A stretch of 63,702 nt of DNA, counting the filler, from Choristocarpus tenellus KU-1152 (taxonomy: Eukaryota; Protista; Phaeophyceae): NCBI GenBank assembly GCA_964200185.2. It is 13 parts of 13 records of this genome, joined end to end, with 100 filler letters (N's around TTAATTAATTAA, not from the genome) between each part and the next. Parts side by side here need not be neighbours in the genome. Positions count along the whole stretch, not along the records: positions 7,431 to 16,559 come from CAXNAD020003961.1; positions 16,660 to 20,271 come from CAXNAD020018955.1; positions 20,372 to 23,201 come from CAXNAD020024367.1; positions 23,302 to 30,746 come from CAXNAD020006144.1; 9 more parts are not named here. One strand, written 5' to 3'. Under the pieces are notes generated by a model. That model saw only the letters and a list, made by a program, of their open reading frames with translations. It searched no databases and was not told where the DNA came from. Positions 12,711-26,200 of this stretch are shown here, piece after piece; the first letter of the stretch is position 1, and the number at the start of each line of letters is the position of its first letter. The position numbers and the translations under genes are program-made.

Positions 12711-13223
12711 CGGTGTTGCAGCTGCGCTGGAGGATTTCAACTCGGATGTGGCTACACCAAATGGAATGCAGATTGGCTGTATTCGGAGTGTTGAGGGTAG
12801 GGAATTTGTGAGTGCTGCTTTCCAAGCTGTTCTGAGGAAGCATGGCATCCGCCGGGAGTTTACAGATACTTTTACCCCGGAATATAATGGTGTCACAGAA
12901 CGAGCATTGGAGTTGATAGCTGAGAAAGCAATGGCAATGATGGTTTGCGTTGGACTTCAAGGGTGTCTCAATTTGTGGACTGAAGCTCAGAATTATGTTT
13001 GTGATCTGAGCAATATGTGTGTCACTCGGGCCAATGAGGATTGGATTTCTCCCTACGATCTCTGGCATGGTGAACCGGGAAAGGTCCACAATTTGCAAAG
13101 TTTTTGGACGGTGGGATACAAGTGGGTGGCTACATGGAAGAACAATCTGGATGTGCGAGGATCCAAGTGCTTGATGATGGGATTGGCTGCACGTCACCCA
13201 TATGGAGATCTAGGAGAATATTT

Positions 13224-13481
13224 GAGTGAAAGTATCTTAGAGGGTACGAGTTTTGCCCTTTTTGTCCATTTGGGGCTTCACTTCCCATGGGGTTTTTATG
13301 GTATTTTCCCTTCTCCAAAATGTTTCGAGTAGGTAATATGTGTATGTTATGAAAGGGTGTGTCCGGAACAAGGATACTGACACTTCCTAACAAGTACAAC
13401 AGATAAAATTACATGGAAATCACAACAACGGATTTTGGCCCCCAAATGGACGCGTCCCTACCCTCTAATATACTTTGGCTC
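13224..13481 (+). mobile_element. MITE family A, complete (258 bp), Sola-like
   Basis: TIRs GAGTGAAAGTATCTTAGAGGGTA ... TACCCTCTAATATACTTTGGCTC; exact TSD ATTT at 13220-13223 and 13482-13485. Confidence 0.92.
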
Positions 13482-15275
13482 ATTTATGAGAGGTCGAACC
13501 TGGTTTTGCTTAGTTGATCTGTAACATGGCACTCACTTTCTCCCTCCATGTCTTCTCCCACCAGTACTGATGATATGTATGAGCTGCATTTACCCGAAAC
13601 ATCGCTAAATAACTCAGGAAGGGTGGATGCTGGGGTTGCGCAACAGGGGAAGGGATCTCAGGATATGTTGCGAGGTCGAATGCTGCGCGACTTCGCAGAT
13701 TTTCTGCCAACGCCTACATCTATCACACCAGCATCTCAACTCCGAAGAGGGCCCAGCAGAGAATCAACTGGTGAGGGGACCAAGACACGTCCGGAGAAGC
13801 ACTAATTACTACCTTGGCGAAGGCCCTCGTTGTCCAGGAAGTGGTCCAGCTTCAAAGGTACCCACGGTGTTTCCTGATGGAGTGGTCAACACACTGCCAC
13901 ATAAACCTCGATCTCACAGTGAAGCTTTGCAGTCTTCAGAGGCACCATTTTGGCAGGACGCTATGACTATAGAGTTGGCTAAACGAGTAAAAACTGGGGT
14001 TTGGGATGAGGTGCAAAGGCCGTCAGATCGCCTTTTAGTCCGAACCAAAATGGGTGTTTAAGAGAAAGTCAATTTCAGAAGGAGAAGTGGCTGGGTACAA
14101 AGCTCGCCTAGTAGTCATGGGAAACAGACAAGTCCCTGGATTAGACTGCACAGAGAAATTTTGCACCAACACCCTCGACAAGTACTTTACAGTTGGTAGG
14201 ACAATAGCTTTGTCTGAGGATATGGAACTACAACATGCTGATGTTGGACAGGCTTTTGTTCAAGCGGATGTCAAGGAGGACATTTACATAAACTAACAGA
14301 GGATGTCACAGCAGCTCCAGGAATGGTAGGAAAAGTCAAGAGATCTCTGTATGTATTGGTACAACCATCACACAACTGGCATCTCAAACTAGTTGGAACC
14401 CTCAAAGGACTAGGTTTCAAGCAATGCGAGGCTGACCCCTGTTTACTCCGTCTACTGGAACACAAGGTGCTGGAAGTGCTCATAGCCACACATGTGGATA
14501 ATCTGTTGGTGGCTAGTCACTCGCAGGAGAAGGGCAGGGGCAGTGTTGGAAGCTCTCAACAAGGAATTCCCTGTGAAAGATTTGGGGGATGTAAAGTTAT
14601 ATATGGGACGCTGTATTACACGGGATCGAAAAAACAAGACACTGAAGATTGATTAGCAAGTCTACGTGGAAGGGCTGGTGGAGCAGCTCAAGATTGTCAA
14701 AGAATCTGATATGCCTGGATATAAAACCAGGAATCTGTCTGAGAAGGATTTGTGTGTGAAACTGGACCCGTCTATTCCATACAGGGAAGCAGTGGGGATA
14801 TTAATCTGGTTGGTGATCATGGCCTGATATTACCAACACGGTAATGGCTGTGGGCAGATTCAGTGGCAACCCAGGGTAGAGGTATTAGGAAGCTGTTAAA
14901 CAGATTTTGGGATACGTGAGTCACACAAGGGGGACTGGCATCACATATGATGGAAAGCTGGAAAAGCAACTGGGGGCATTTGCTGATGCGGACTGTGCAT
15001 CTGATTTGGATCAACGGAAGTCTGTATCTGGGGGATTGATTACCATGAAAGGTGTAGCATTATCGTGGTTTTTTAGGATGCAAATGGTGGCTTTGTCAAA
15101 AACTGAAGCTGAGTGCGTGACTTTGAATGATACAGCTAAGGAAGTACTGTTCTTGAGACAGGTATTGGAGTTTGTAAACGTGGAGAAGACTACTAGTTGT
15201 ACCTTGATGTATGAGGATAATTAGGGTGCAGTAAAGCTGTCTGGAAACCCAATCAATGGATTTAGGACAATGCAC

Positions 15276-15640
15276 TTTTTATTTATTTATTTATGGTTCA
15301 TAATATTTGGCCCAAAATAGGGTAACCTACTGTATCAGGGTATGGAACAAAAATAACATGCTCCAATTTACTCACAGTTTCCTACCTGACCATCGCATAT
15401 CCTGCTGCCATCTCGAGTGCCGTTGGACGGTCTTTCCTGTCGTTCAAACAAACGTACAGGATTCGCAGTGTTAGAGCCTTTACTATCACATTTCATCGTT
15501 GAGTGCTGGAAACAGGCGTCGTCCTTGTACCCTGGGTGGGTGATATTTTATCATCAAGGTGCAAGGGTGAGGGAGGACAGGCTTGATAAAAAATTGTGTC
15601 GATTTCTCGAATGAGTGCAGGCCGGGAGAAAGCCTTAATC
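15276..15640 (-). mobile_element. 3' end of a LINE/SINE-like retroposon with a (TAAA)n tail, truncating the copia
   Basis: TTTTTATTTATTTATTTATGG directly follows the copia RNase H. The 5' boundary is uncertain. Confidence 0.4.
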
Positions 15641-16659
15641 AACTTTATACTTCCAAACCTAAGTCCAGGAACAAAAGTGAACGTATGGCATCTTGCAAGA
15701 AGTGAGAGACACCAAAACATCAGTGTGCACATAGTATTAATCTCACCTCCTATTCTTCCCTGGCGTCCTCGTCGATGGCTACCTCCACCTGCTTCGCGAC
15801 CTTCTCTCGGGCTTCAGAGCTCTTGTAACCCAACCCTAATGCATTCTTTCTCGTTCCTTGAGCCCTTCTGGCTCACATACCTTCCAAACAGCCAGGGCCT
15901 GCTGCAACTGTCGACTACTAGGATATTCTACACCCGGGTTTTTGCTTAGGTGTTTCCTGAGCACAATGGCACGCAGTCATACTGCTCTCCTCCCCAACCT
16001 TCCCTTCAGCCGGTCACTCTGGTTCTCCCTTCTCCCGCCCTGACCAGGCTACTGCTGAAATATTCCACACTGGACCCGCAGTTGTGTGCCTTGATAGAGG
16101 ACAATAGATCACTTGGTGTAGATATACAATATTAATGTTAGAAGAGGCTTATGGCCTCGATTCCACGCACTGAACTTGTGGGGTGAGACAGGTACAGACA
16201 GACTACCATGTGGGATTTGCAACTTCCACATGGATAATCAGAAAATAATACTATCTACGTATCATATGTACCATATATGATGTATCAACTGATAATCTAA
16301 TATCAGGTCCCTGCAATACATTAATCACTTATTTCCTTGTCTGCAGTATAGCAAGCATATCTTGAACATGACACAAATCAATGGACACTAGTAAGTCAAT
16401 ACATATGGCATATCTATCACTGGCTCCATTCTATTATCTAATCCACTGATGGTGTCTACCGTGTATCAGCAGCACTATCCACGAACAGCTTCCCCACAGA
16501 CTTCGTCACTGTACCACCTGGTGATGGACTTGCTACTCTCTTCCTGCTTTCCCGAGGCANNNNNNNNNNNNNNNNNNNNNNNNNNNNNNNNNNNNNNNNN
16601 NNNTTAATTAATTAANNNNNNNNNNNNNNNNNNNNNNNNNNNNNNNNNNNNNNNNNNNN

Positions 16660-16867
16660 GTTTGAAAAAAAAAAAGTGAACCCCCCCCCCCAAACCAAAA
16701 CCATGGGGGGGGGGGGGGGGGGAGAGTCTACACCAGCGTGTCCATTTGGGCCAAAATCAGGAAAAGTGCATCCATTAGACATATGCAACCAAATCACCCA
16801 AAAATTGCGACATGAAAAAATTGACCCCAAATGGACAGCCGCCACCCCCCCTCAGATACACTGAGCC
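16660..16867 (+). mobile_element. MITE family B, near complete
   Basis: polyG-AGTCTACACCAG...CCCCAAATGGACAGCCGCCACCCCCCTCAGATACACTGAGCC matches 45466-45649. Confidence 0.85.
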
Positions 16868-17525
16868 TCCACTTGGTAATCAGGCTTAATATTGTAAGTG
16901 GCGTGTACTCAAGAGTCAGCACATTTGAGTTAGTACAAAGATATTCCCTCTGTCTCAATGACAAGGACAGTCTGCACTGGAAGCGTACTCTTGCCGACAC
17001 AATTATGTTATAGAACAATCATGTCATACTTTTAAAACTCAGATAATATTTCATATTTGGGGTCGATTGAGCTTGTTGTCCTATTGTGTGTCCCATCACA
17101 TCATCAAGTTAATTTGCGTGTGGTCTTGTCACGTGTCCATGTTCTGGTTGATGGTTTCTATATCGCCAAATAAAATGGAATTGGTGGCGTCTGGAGCTAA
17201 GGGATTTCAGAAGGCAAAAGATCATTTGGACACTGTCAACATTTCAGAACACACAATGATTATCAGCTCATCGCCGCAAAACAAAACACATGTCGGCACA
17301 CCCCGAAAAAACACCAAAAACGTACAATCAACTGAGCACTTTCTGATACATACAATACTTGGGATTTGTTCATCACCTTATACCTTTGAGCCTTAACCAT
17401 TGAGACTGTTATTACATGACCAAGGGACAATTTTTGCAACGATTCAGGCTGAAACAATTGCTGCATTCAATTGATCTCTATACGTTTGGGTGGTCCATTA
17501 TATAAAATTCTCACCTAGACAGTAC

Positions 17526-17654
17526 CTGATGCGTTTTTTCTAGGTCTCCTCGAAGCTCTTCCACCTCATTCTGTGAATCTAAGGTGCGAGACTCAGCCTC
17601 TCTCTCCCGCCGCAGAGCCTGAGCAAGCTCTGCCGCAATACCATCAGTTTTCGC
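17526..17654 (-). CDS. Internal exon of a coiled-coil protein
   Basis: aag|AKTDGIAAELAQALRREREAESRTLDSQNEVEELRGDLEKTHQ|gtactg; 129 bp, phase 0/0, compatible with exon 19649-19732. Confidence 0.65.
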
Positions 17655-19648
17655 CTTGGACATTTTCACAGTTGCAGGTAATCATGCAAGCGTAGCCCAC
17701 CCCCCCAACATCCACATGTATATGTGCATAGCAACAAGATATTTGGGAAGGTTATAACAGTAAAATACAAAATATCTATCACACGCACTTTTGGATACAG
17801 CTTGATGGACTTCAGCTCACCGCCTCCTTGATTATGGAAACAGCTGCCAGTTCTAGGCACTACGTCAAACACCATTGTTTGACACTTCTCAGGAACAAAA
17901 CTGGAGATACTATGTTCATCATTGTACGTGTAAGACACACACTGTGACGAATACCCTATCATGCACAAAATCCAGTTGTGCTTAGCCAGCATAACCCCAG
18001 TATTACGTAGTACTGATCAATGTGTACTGGTAGCACCATATTTCTCATGTTTTTCATGGACCATGAGGAGAGTTGAAGTATTTCTAGGTGCTGGTGGATC
18101 TGTATCGCACCTGGATAGGTTCATCCACTATATCAGAGTTTTTCCAATATCAAACATTTAACAGCGTTGAACGGACTGCTAAAACTGCGCATTGATGCGT
18201 ACTTCATAGGTCATCCTTTGCTTGATTGTTATAATTAATTCAATCAGCAGGTACCTGCTGTGGATACCAATCGCCTTAGATACTACTCACTGTAGATATT
18301 ACTTGCCACCTCCAAATGCATATATTTTAGTGATTGGTGATTTTGTCAGTATTTGAAAAGCTACTCTACCGCTACTGCTCTTCGTCGTGCATGCAAAGAA
18401 TATGTTAAGCTTCAATCGAATTGGCTAGGTTCATTTCCTACTATAATTTGTACGATACTTTAACTATGAGTTCCATGGCGAAATACTTTTGAGGTCTTTT
18501 ATTTGAAAGATAAAAGTCACTCACAACAGTGTAGTTGGTCGTTCCAAAAGCAGTGAACTTCTCTTTTTTCATGCAAATAAACTGAACATGTACGGCTTGT
18601 TTGGTCAGAGCTCACTACTGTATCCATCCCAAGTCCTCACAGCAATGGATGCACCTAATATCATTTTGTCAAAAAAAAAACACCATCCTGTATTAGTTTA
18701 TATAGGCAAGCATTGTTCGGACTCCCAAATATCTGACTTTTCCTTCCACAAATTGTGAGTGCTTTGTTAAGAGCACACTAAAATGCAAAGACAACGTAGA
18801 CACCCTAGATCTCCAGCAATATCCTCCTGCTGCTTCAAACTATAAAACATTGGTATCTGTTTCAGCGTACAAATGAGAATGAAATATTATTCTACGATGA
18901 GACATCTACTGTGCACAGGAAGTAAATACATTGAAAAATCGATAGGAGTACACTTTGAGTGATCTCAGTGAAGACACCAGTAGGTAAGGCATTCCCTACG
19001 CAATAGAGCTACAATGCCTCAGATAATATATACACTTCACAGAGAAACTACAGTACTTCATTCTGCAAAGTCAGACATTTGTTTTAGATGTAGGCATGGC
19101 ATCTCGGCTCATTGAAGATGTTGGCAACACACTTATGTGCTAGAGTTGAGGGGATATGGATGCCATAGGGAGAATGTATGCTATTGGCTTGATGTTGCAC
19201 GTTGGGCTATTCCGAGATGTAGAAGGGTATTTTCATGCCACGTTCTTAACACAACTCACTTGCTCTAGGGGATACTGCTGGAGGTACACTTTATCGATTT
19301 GTAATAAGTTCTATGTGTGTACTTTAACGCAACAATAGTTTTCTCTGTCAAATAGTCCGAGTACCAAGGAATATTAGTGCAATAAAAATAACTTTTGATC
19401 AGCTAGTGGGTAGATCACTAGCCTTGTACATAGAGGGTACTTTAGGTACATGTAATGCTAACAACTTGGTATTTTTATCATTGCTTTGAACGTGAAAGTT
19501 GAACTCTGCTGGTAAAGTGTAGCCTATGATGGACTTTGCATGGAGATATATTTTGTACTGGAGTAGTTTGGAGATAGAGGGAGGAATTATGGTCGCATTG
19601 GAGTCTACTACACAACATTATTCCCAGGGTAAGAGATGTTGGGCGCAC

Positions 19649-19732
19649 CAGGCTCTCCTGTTTTTCGAACCTCAGACTTTGGAGCTCTCCATCCTGACGG
19701 GTCAATTGACGGGATTGCGCATGAATCTTGAG
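19649..19732 (-). CDS. Internal exon of the same coiled-coil protein (upstream exon)
   Basis: cag|LKIHAQSRQLTRQDGELQSLRFEKQESL|gtgcgc; 84 bp, phase 0/0, preceded by a pyrimidine tract. Confidence 0.6.
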
Positions 19733-20203
19733 CTGGGGACAAAGAGGAACAGTACACAATGGGAACAGCGTCAAAGAAATATATCCTAGGAATAATATTT
19801 CGACTCTGATGCCCCTACGGCATATTAAACAACCACTGAGGAGGCCAATAAATAACTCCAGAACACATAATAACTTAGAGCTTTCCTTTTTTCGATGGAA
19901 TCTACTGTCACATGGGTGCAACTCTCAATTATTCAAACATTCCTGCGATCATGTCAACTGTGCAAGTGATTAGTATACCCCGTCCACAATTCATTTTTTA
20001 AGTAGATACAAGTTCTCAAAACTTTGGCAGCAATAGTGTGATTGTGTTTGGGTGAAGGCGTTTTGCCTTGTGAGTGATGTCATTCCAGCAAACAAATAAC
20101 CTTGTCCACAAGGTGGTTCATATTTGGATACAGTAGTGTGATTTTGAGCAGTTGAAAGCGTTTGCCTTCTGGGTGGTGTAATTAATATACAGAGAGAGAG
20201 AGA

Positions 20204-20271
20204 GACCCAAAGTATCCGGGAGGGGGGGGGGTCTACACCAGAGAGTCCATTTGGACCAAAATCAGGAAAAG
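20204..20271 (+). mobile_element. MITE family B left end at contig break
   Basis: GACCCAAAGTATCCGGGGA-polyG-TCTACACCAGAGAGTCCATTTGGACCAAAATCAGG. Confidence 0.85.
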
Positions 20272-21599
20272 NNNNNNNNNNNNNNNNNNNNNNNNNNNNN
20301 NNNNNNNNNNNNNNNTTAATTAATTAANNNNNNNNNNNNNNNNNNNNNNNNNNNNNNNNNNNNNNNNNNNNCCCCCACTAAAAAAAAACACTCATACACC
20401 ACCCCCCACCCCTCCTCCCTTATTTCATAAAAGTTATTATCACTATTGGCAGTCCTTTGCATTCAGTAGTTTCTTCTCCTTCATCTGAGTTAGCTCAGAT
20501 TCCTGTTACAGCTAAACACATGCACTTGGGATTTTGGTGGTATGTGAGCGTAGTCGGCAGACTTAGGTGAGGAATGTTTATTGTTATTGTTGCTGTGTGG
20601 TGAGTGCCTGTTGTTGTTCTCGCGTTTTATCGGCACAGTTGAAAATGAGTGGTTTGGCCCTGTAAAACCCTTTAGCATTACCGTCACTCAGTACTAGCTA
20701 CTGCTATAATTTCTACTACTGGTGGTACTAGTACCGCCCATTACTTGTTCAATTCTATTCGTTTGTTGTTGTTATCCCTCCTGTCGCCATCGTTTCTAAC
20801 AACAAGCACAGAAGCAGCACTAACAGCACTGTACCGTCGAGGTGTGTCCAAGTACCATATCCATACCGTGATGATGTACATTTAATAGAGGTATCGCAAA
20901 ATACAAAATATGTCAACTGGTACTACTGTTAATGCTTTCATGTTGCATGAAAACTGTTAGCACTAACAAGTATATGTAGCAGGTCCCTACCATCAACTAC
21001 TACCCAGTTGTATTTTATGAAGTAACTCTTGGGTGTTTTTTCTTCAACTGTCGTTCTGATACTATGATCAAAACACTGAATGAACTCGTATGACAAATGT
21101 TATACTTCCAAGTAGGAATCAAATAATAGTATATAGGAAATAGTATGGTCTTGTCTGCCATCAGAGCCTGTGTGGACAAGGGGCAAATGTTGCAACACGC
21201 TCCAGAACTCACCTCCACAGGATGTGCAACTCTAATCCTACGACTTTAAAACGACGCTACGGGGGTATTTCCACAGTTGATAGCCACGGATGGGTGTCGG
21301 CTACTCTTCTCTCGATGCTTCACTAAGTGCTTAGCTCAAAGCTTGACTTAATGTTTTAATCGAGAAACAAAAAGTGAGCAAGAGATACTTTTGTAGCAGT
21401 CAAAGTATTATTTATCTGCGTCATGCTCACAAATTCTACAGACTAGGAATTGAAAGACATCCGCCAACCGTTGTATACGTACTCAAATTACAAATCTTTC
21501 CTGCAACTTCTAAGAAATTAGCATTTATTCTGTAAGGTCACCTGTTTGCTACAAATTTCGTATACTGCTCGCGCTTGCTAGAACACGAGAAGAAATCCT

Positions 21600-22480
21600 C
21601 GCCCTATTCTCCTGTAACATGAATGCATGGGCCTCCACACAACCCCCGAAACCAGCACACCAGATCCCTCCCATAGAGTTTAGACTCATTGCCAGCAGTT
21701 CCCTAGGGAGGGAGGAGGCCCTACACAACAGGTGCCCAGTGGCTGGGTGCAGGAGGCATCATCTTGACTCTCGACATGCTCCCTTCCTGCCCCAAGGCAG
21801 GGGGACAGGCACGCCAGCACATGCTGCCTAGGTGAGCTCTGCAAGGAAGTGGGCATCCCTTGCACAATGGAGGAAGGTAGCCCATTCACAGTTGGAACGG
21901 AATTTTCGCATGGATGTGGTCTTCCATGCTAGGGCACTTGTGGATGCTAGATCAGTTCCCTAGTGGGACACAGGCCTCCTCCTGGATGTTACGTTTGCAG
22001 AAGTGCAAGCAACGTCCCATCTACCTCACTCATCCACCAGCAATGGTGTAGCTGGTGCTGCAGCTGAGGCATGAAATCACACTCACTACGAGGGTTCTTT
22101 CGATCCTCGTAGTTTCAACCTCAATACCTTCGTTGGGGGAGTTTTGGGCGCCTTAGTATGCAAGCAGAGAGTTTTCTCGATGAGTTAGCTACACACGCAG
22201 TAGGGGGGAGTGGGGTGGGAGGTTACAGCAGTAAAGGGACTGTCAAATCCGTTTACTACATATAATGTTTGTCACTACTCTAGTGGCTCTCTCAAGACTT
22301 GTCATGTGCTTTAAGCTGGAGATTCCAGGGAGATGGGCAACGAGGGGCCTGTCAGATTCTTGGGATCCTTCCCTAGGTCCTCGCCCAGTTGTGTAGGGCT
22401 AAGTTAGGTTGGACGGGTAGCAGCAGTATACACATCACATTGTAATTCAGACCCTTACGGGACTGTTGTTGTAGTATAGC
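21600..22480 (+). mobile_element. CRE/R2-type non-LTR retrotransposon 3' fragment (CCHC plus restriction-like endonuclease), decayed
   Basis: CPVAGC...DSRHA..C; RMDVVFHARALVD; LLDVTFAE; AAAEA*NHTHYEGSFDPRSF; GSFGRL...ESFLDELATHAVGG. This fits the R(P/M)D...DVT...E..K..Y REL layout. Confidence 0.75.
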
Positions 22481-22855
22481 CAGTACTCATATAGTAAGTA
22501 GTTTTGGAGAGATATCTTTCACATTTACGACAACTATTACTTTTACACAGGTCCTTGTGATATTGGTTAGGCTTTTTTCCTGATCCATGTGGAAAATGTC
22601 AAAGGTCATAATATATATATATTTTTCTTGAGGAAGGTATAATATGTTATATAAATATTTTCTATTATTATGCCTTTTCACGTTTTCTAGACTTGTTGGG
22701 GGAAAAAATGATGAAAGCCAATAAAAAATCAGAAATTATCTATATGATCGACACCCAGTTCGTCTTAAGGGTTCATATATTTTAGAGTTCCCTTAGTAGG
22801 CGTGCACAACTGCGGAAAAGTCAATATGTCTTCACTATTGATAGTGAAAAAGGTG

Positions 22856-23201
22856 AAAGTTTATGAAGTAATCTGAGTTTTATGGGCGGAAGAATTTTGA
22901 TTGGCGGGGGGCACAGGACAAGGGAAGGTAGTGGAAAGAAAAAGAAGGAAGCAGGAGGAAGAGAACGAATAGTTGAGGAATGACTGGCTAAGGGGGGAAA
23001 GGTTAAAATAAATGAGTGGTAGGAAGGGAAGGGGGAGGAGTGTTCAGTATTTAATAAGAGGGCTGAGAACCAGGGGTACAGGACGAGGAGGGTGAGACCA
23101 AGACAACCTCCGAGCAAGCTCTCCCGCCCACCCACCCTGTTGCTTGCTGAAGACCGACGGGAACACTGGGTAAGGGGGGGGGGGAGGTCAAGTTCCGGCA
23201 A
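22856..23201 (-). repeat. Dispersed ~300-bp repeat (probable LINE 3' end), copy 1
   Basis: Reverse complement matches 30847-31135; shared end AAACTCAGATTACTTCATAAACTTT (KLRLLHKL). Confidence 0.75.
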
Positions 23202-26200
23202 NNNNNNNNNNNNNNNNNNNNNNNNNNNNNNNNNNNNNNNNNNNNTTAATTAATTAANNNNNNNNNNNNNNNNNNNNNNNNNNNNNNNNNNNNNNNNNNN
23301 NTTCTGATTGAGAAATGAGAAACTTAGTTACAGATAGATGTCAACCCCCCCCCCCCCCCTCCCTGCCATCCAGCCACAATTTCACAGTGCCTGAAGAGAT
23401 ATGTAGTGATTTAGAGTTATACAAAATACAATACATTACTGCATAGCAACAGATCTTCTGCAGATTGCCCAAGATTGGTAGAGGATGACTATTTAAAATA
23501 GACCATACCAGAGCACTTAACCCTAAATATACTAACAAATGCTGTCAAGATATAATCCTTACAAGACCCTCATGTCAAGGATGTGATGAGCGATCAGGAA
23601 CAACTACCAACCCTGGCTTGGGGTCAAGGGGCCACCTAGCATCATGTCCTCCTCATGCACAGCAATTGGCCATGCACGGTGTCACTAACAACTTGTTAAC
23701 AGTACACTCATCTGCACCCTACATGCAGATCACCAAAGCCACCACTTGAGGCTTGGTACCTAAAATTCTAGTGCATGGGCCTTTGCACTCACATTCACCC
23801 ACACACATTCACACGCTATAGCAACTATTCCCAGATCCTTGATGTACAACCAATAATAGCGCTGGCTTGAAGGTCTGCATTTCCAGCCATCACTGGGAAG
23901 TAGAGGTGCTCAGCATTTGAAATATCATTGGTATTAAGAATCGGCACCTTCGGTAACAAACTCAACATCATCTTCTGCATACAGCATTGATCCAGGCGGT
24001 GGCAGGGGAAGGAAGGGAAACTTCATCTAATCCTAACCCTATTTGATAAACGTAATTCTGGATCCTACAATATATTTATTATTGATAGTAGTAGTGTGAG
24101 TTGCTAAAACCAGTTTTGTCGCAACCTGTCTATGCAAAGTAGTAGTGGAAATGCTTTGAATATGACATAGGGTTAGGGTGAAGTTCTTCTCAGGGTTAGG
24201 GTCGATTGGTCGGCACTACTTACGGAGGACAAAACACCTCCAAGTCCACATACTACCTGTATCACAACATGAAAACAGCACACAAGTACTACTAGTACTG
24301 AAGAGGGCTGAAGACTGGAAAATACCACCTCCCCACCTTCCCCCCTCCATCTCTCACCTTGAAAATGGGGAAATTTGTTAGGGAGACATCTCTGGCAACT
24401 CTCAGCACCAGTAACACATCCACCTCCACCCCCATCCCTCCCAACTCCCCCAAGGACTTCGCTGCAGCGATGACTCCTCTTGTCACCTCATTGCATAGCA
24501 ATGTGGCCAGTTTGCCTCCCAGTAGGACCAAACCACCACTAGTCTTCGCATAAAAAGCACACTATTCAAAGGTTTCGGGTACCCCTGGGCGCAGGATGAA
24601 TTCGATGAAGTTGTGTTTTGAGCTGGCAGGGTCTCGATGTTCACAAAAGGGTCCTCACATATGTTCATCATCGTTCGTTCGATAATTCTTTGTCGAAGGA
24701 GGTATATGATGTGGGAAGCAAGACTACTACTACTGAACTTCGGAGGGGGGGCACACCAGCTCGTAGCAATCGACCACAATAAACTACTCACGAGAGCAAC
24801 AGATGGTGAAGTTGTGAACGGCGCGAAACTCGTTAAGCATCAATGGGACTCATTCAAAACTTGATCTAGAATCATTTAACTACAGACCTAGACCAGCCCT
24901 TCATGGCAGAAGCTACGATGTCACTGGTGTGATGTCATCGCAATACAACTGCAGAGAAACACACCTCATAGTTGCACCAACGAAATCTGTGACACAGTTG
25001 CTCCAGAGGTATTCTGTAATAAACAAGGGAAAAATCGGATGCTCTCACCTCTTCTTTCGATGGAGAACCATAAGCTTTATCAGGGCGAGTTTGAAGGCAT
25101 ACTGCGACAGGTGAGAATAGTTGCACACCAACAAGTCTCCAATGTTAAACGTGTTCCTTGCAAGTTCGGTAGAAGCATTCAACCACCGTTACACAACATT
25201 TCCTGCTCATTTCCCCTTTCCCGATCCATGGCCGCATAAGCCATATGTATGTCCAATCACTCCTTGGAAAAATCGTTTTTGAAGCCCTCTCCTTGAATAG
25301 GTTGTGAGAGGAAAGCCACGTCTAGTACCACCACAACTGTCGTGATATCATTTTCTTCACCTTTCATGAACCGATAACCTATGCGGTCCCCAGCACGAGG
25401 AGATAGGAGCCGATCCCAAGCACCGGTTCAAGGATTGCAAGGTGGGAAAGCTATCAAGACATCCTAGTAAAATTAGGTAGGTATCGCCCTAAACAAAGAA
25501 GTATTTATGTTTTGTTGATGAATTTTGATTCGAAATGCTCTGGAGCACTACAGAGCAATTTGATGTAAAACACAATCTTTAGTTGAGTGGATTTTGACAC
25601 GTTTAAGGGGTGGAAAGATATTTCAATGGTCCCCTTAATCGATTTCGCTTGCTCATTCAAGCTTCAGACTACTAATCCTCGGATACATGAAAGAAGCTCT
25701 ATGTGACAGGCCAGAGAGATTCCTTACTCAACATTTGAAACCCACAAAATGCAGTCAAACCCAAAGGTCCTGCTTTCACAGGTGACCAATGCCTTGATCT
25801 GCTGAAATGCGAGGTGGGGTAGCAGAAGCGACAACACCTCTAGTAGCAACCCCTGCAAGAGTGAGTACAGTCAGAGGGGTGGGGGGTTGACGTGAGACCA
25901 GGGCCTGGTGCTGCAGATCATGGCGAAGGGTTTCCCTTAGCATCAGATGAGTGATGGACTCAAGTGTGAAGAGTGTGACTCAGGTTCCATGGAAGAGAAA
26001 CGATAATCCGGATTCTTTTCCGACTCGACAAGGTGGGTATAGCCTCCCAACATACATTGTTTCACGGAACATGCACCATGGAGTAACAGGCACGCGGTGG
26101 ATGACCAGGTTAGGACTACCTAGATGGACGCCTTCAACAGTGTTATGTCGCATTGTGGGTATCCCAGACCACGTCCACGATCGATATGCAGAAAGAATCG

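Larger units (their letters stand above)
9378..15275 (+). mobile_element. Ty1/copia LTR retrotransposon, pseudogenised, with nested insertions
   Basis: Putative 5' LTR TG..CA at 9378-9578, then a PBS-like TGGTTTCGGGG. Gag from ~9600 (VPMWNGETKDWIAWRTGF); zinc knuckles CYACGKKGH (11115); protease FDTSASDHMT (~11440); HHCC FHRRLDH...CLGC; integrase VFTDLGGP / IRSVEGREF / TPEYNGVTER; RT YKARLVVMG, ADVGQAFVQAD, THVDNLLV; RNase H FADADCASD...RKSVSG...TEAE...YEDN. Integrase before RT is the copia order. Confidence 0.95.

Noticed and set aside
18795-18840. Extra exon of the coiled-coil gene (LKQQEDIAGDL)
   Set aside because: Its phase is incompatible with the flanking phase-0 exons and the donor is weak.
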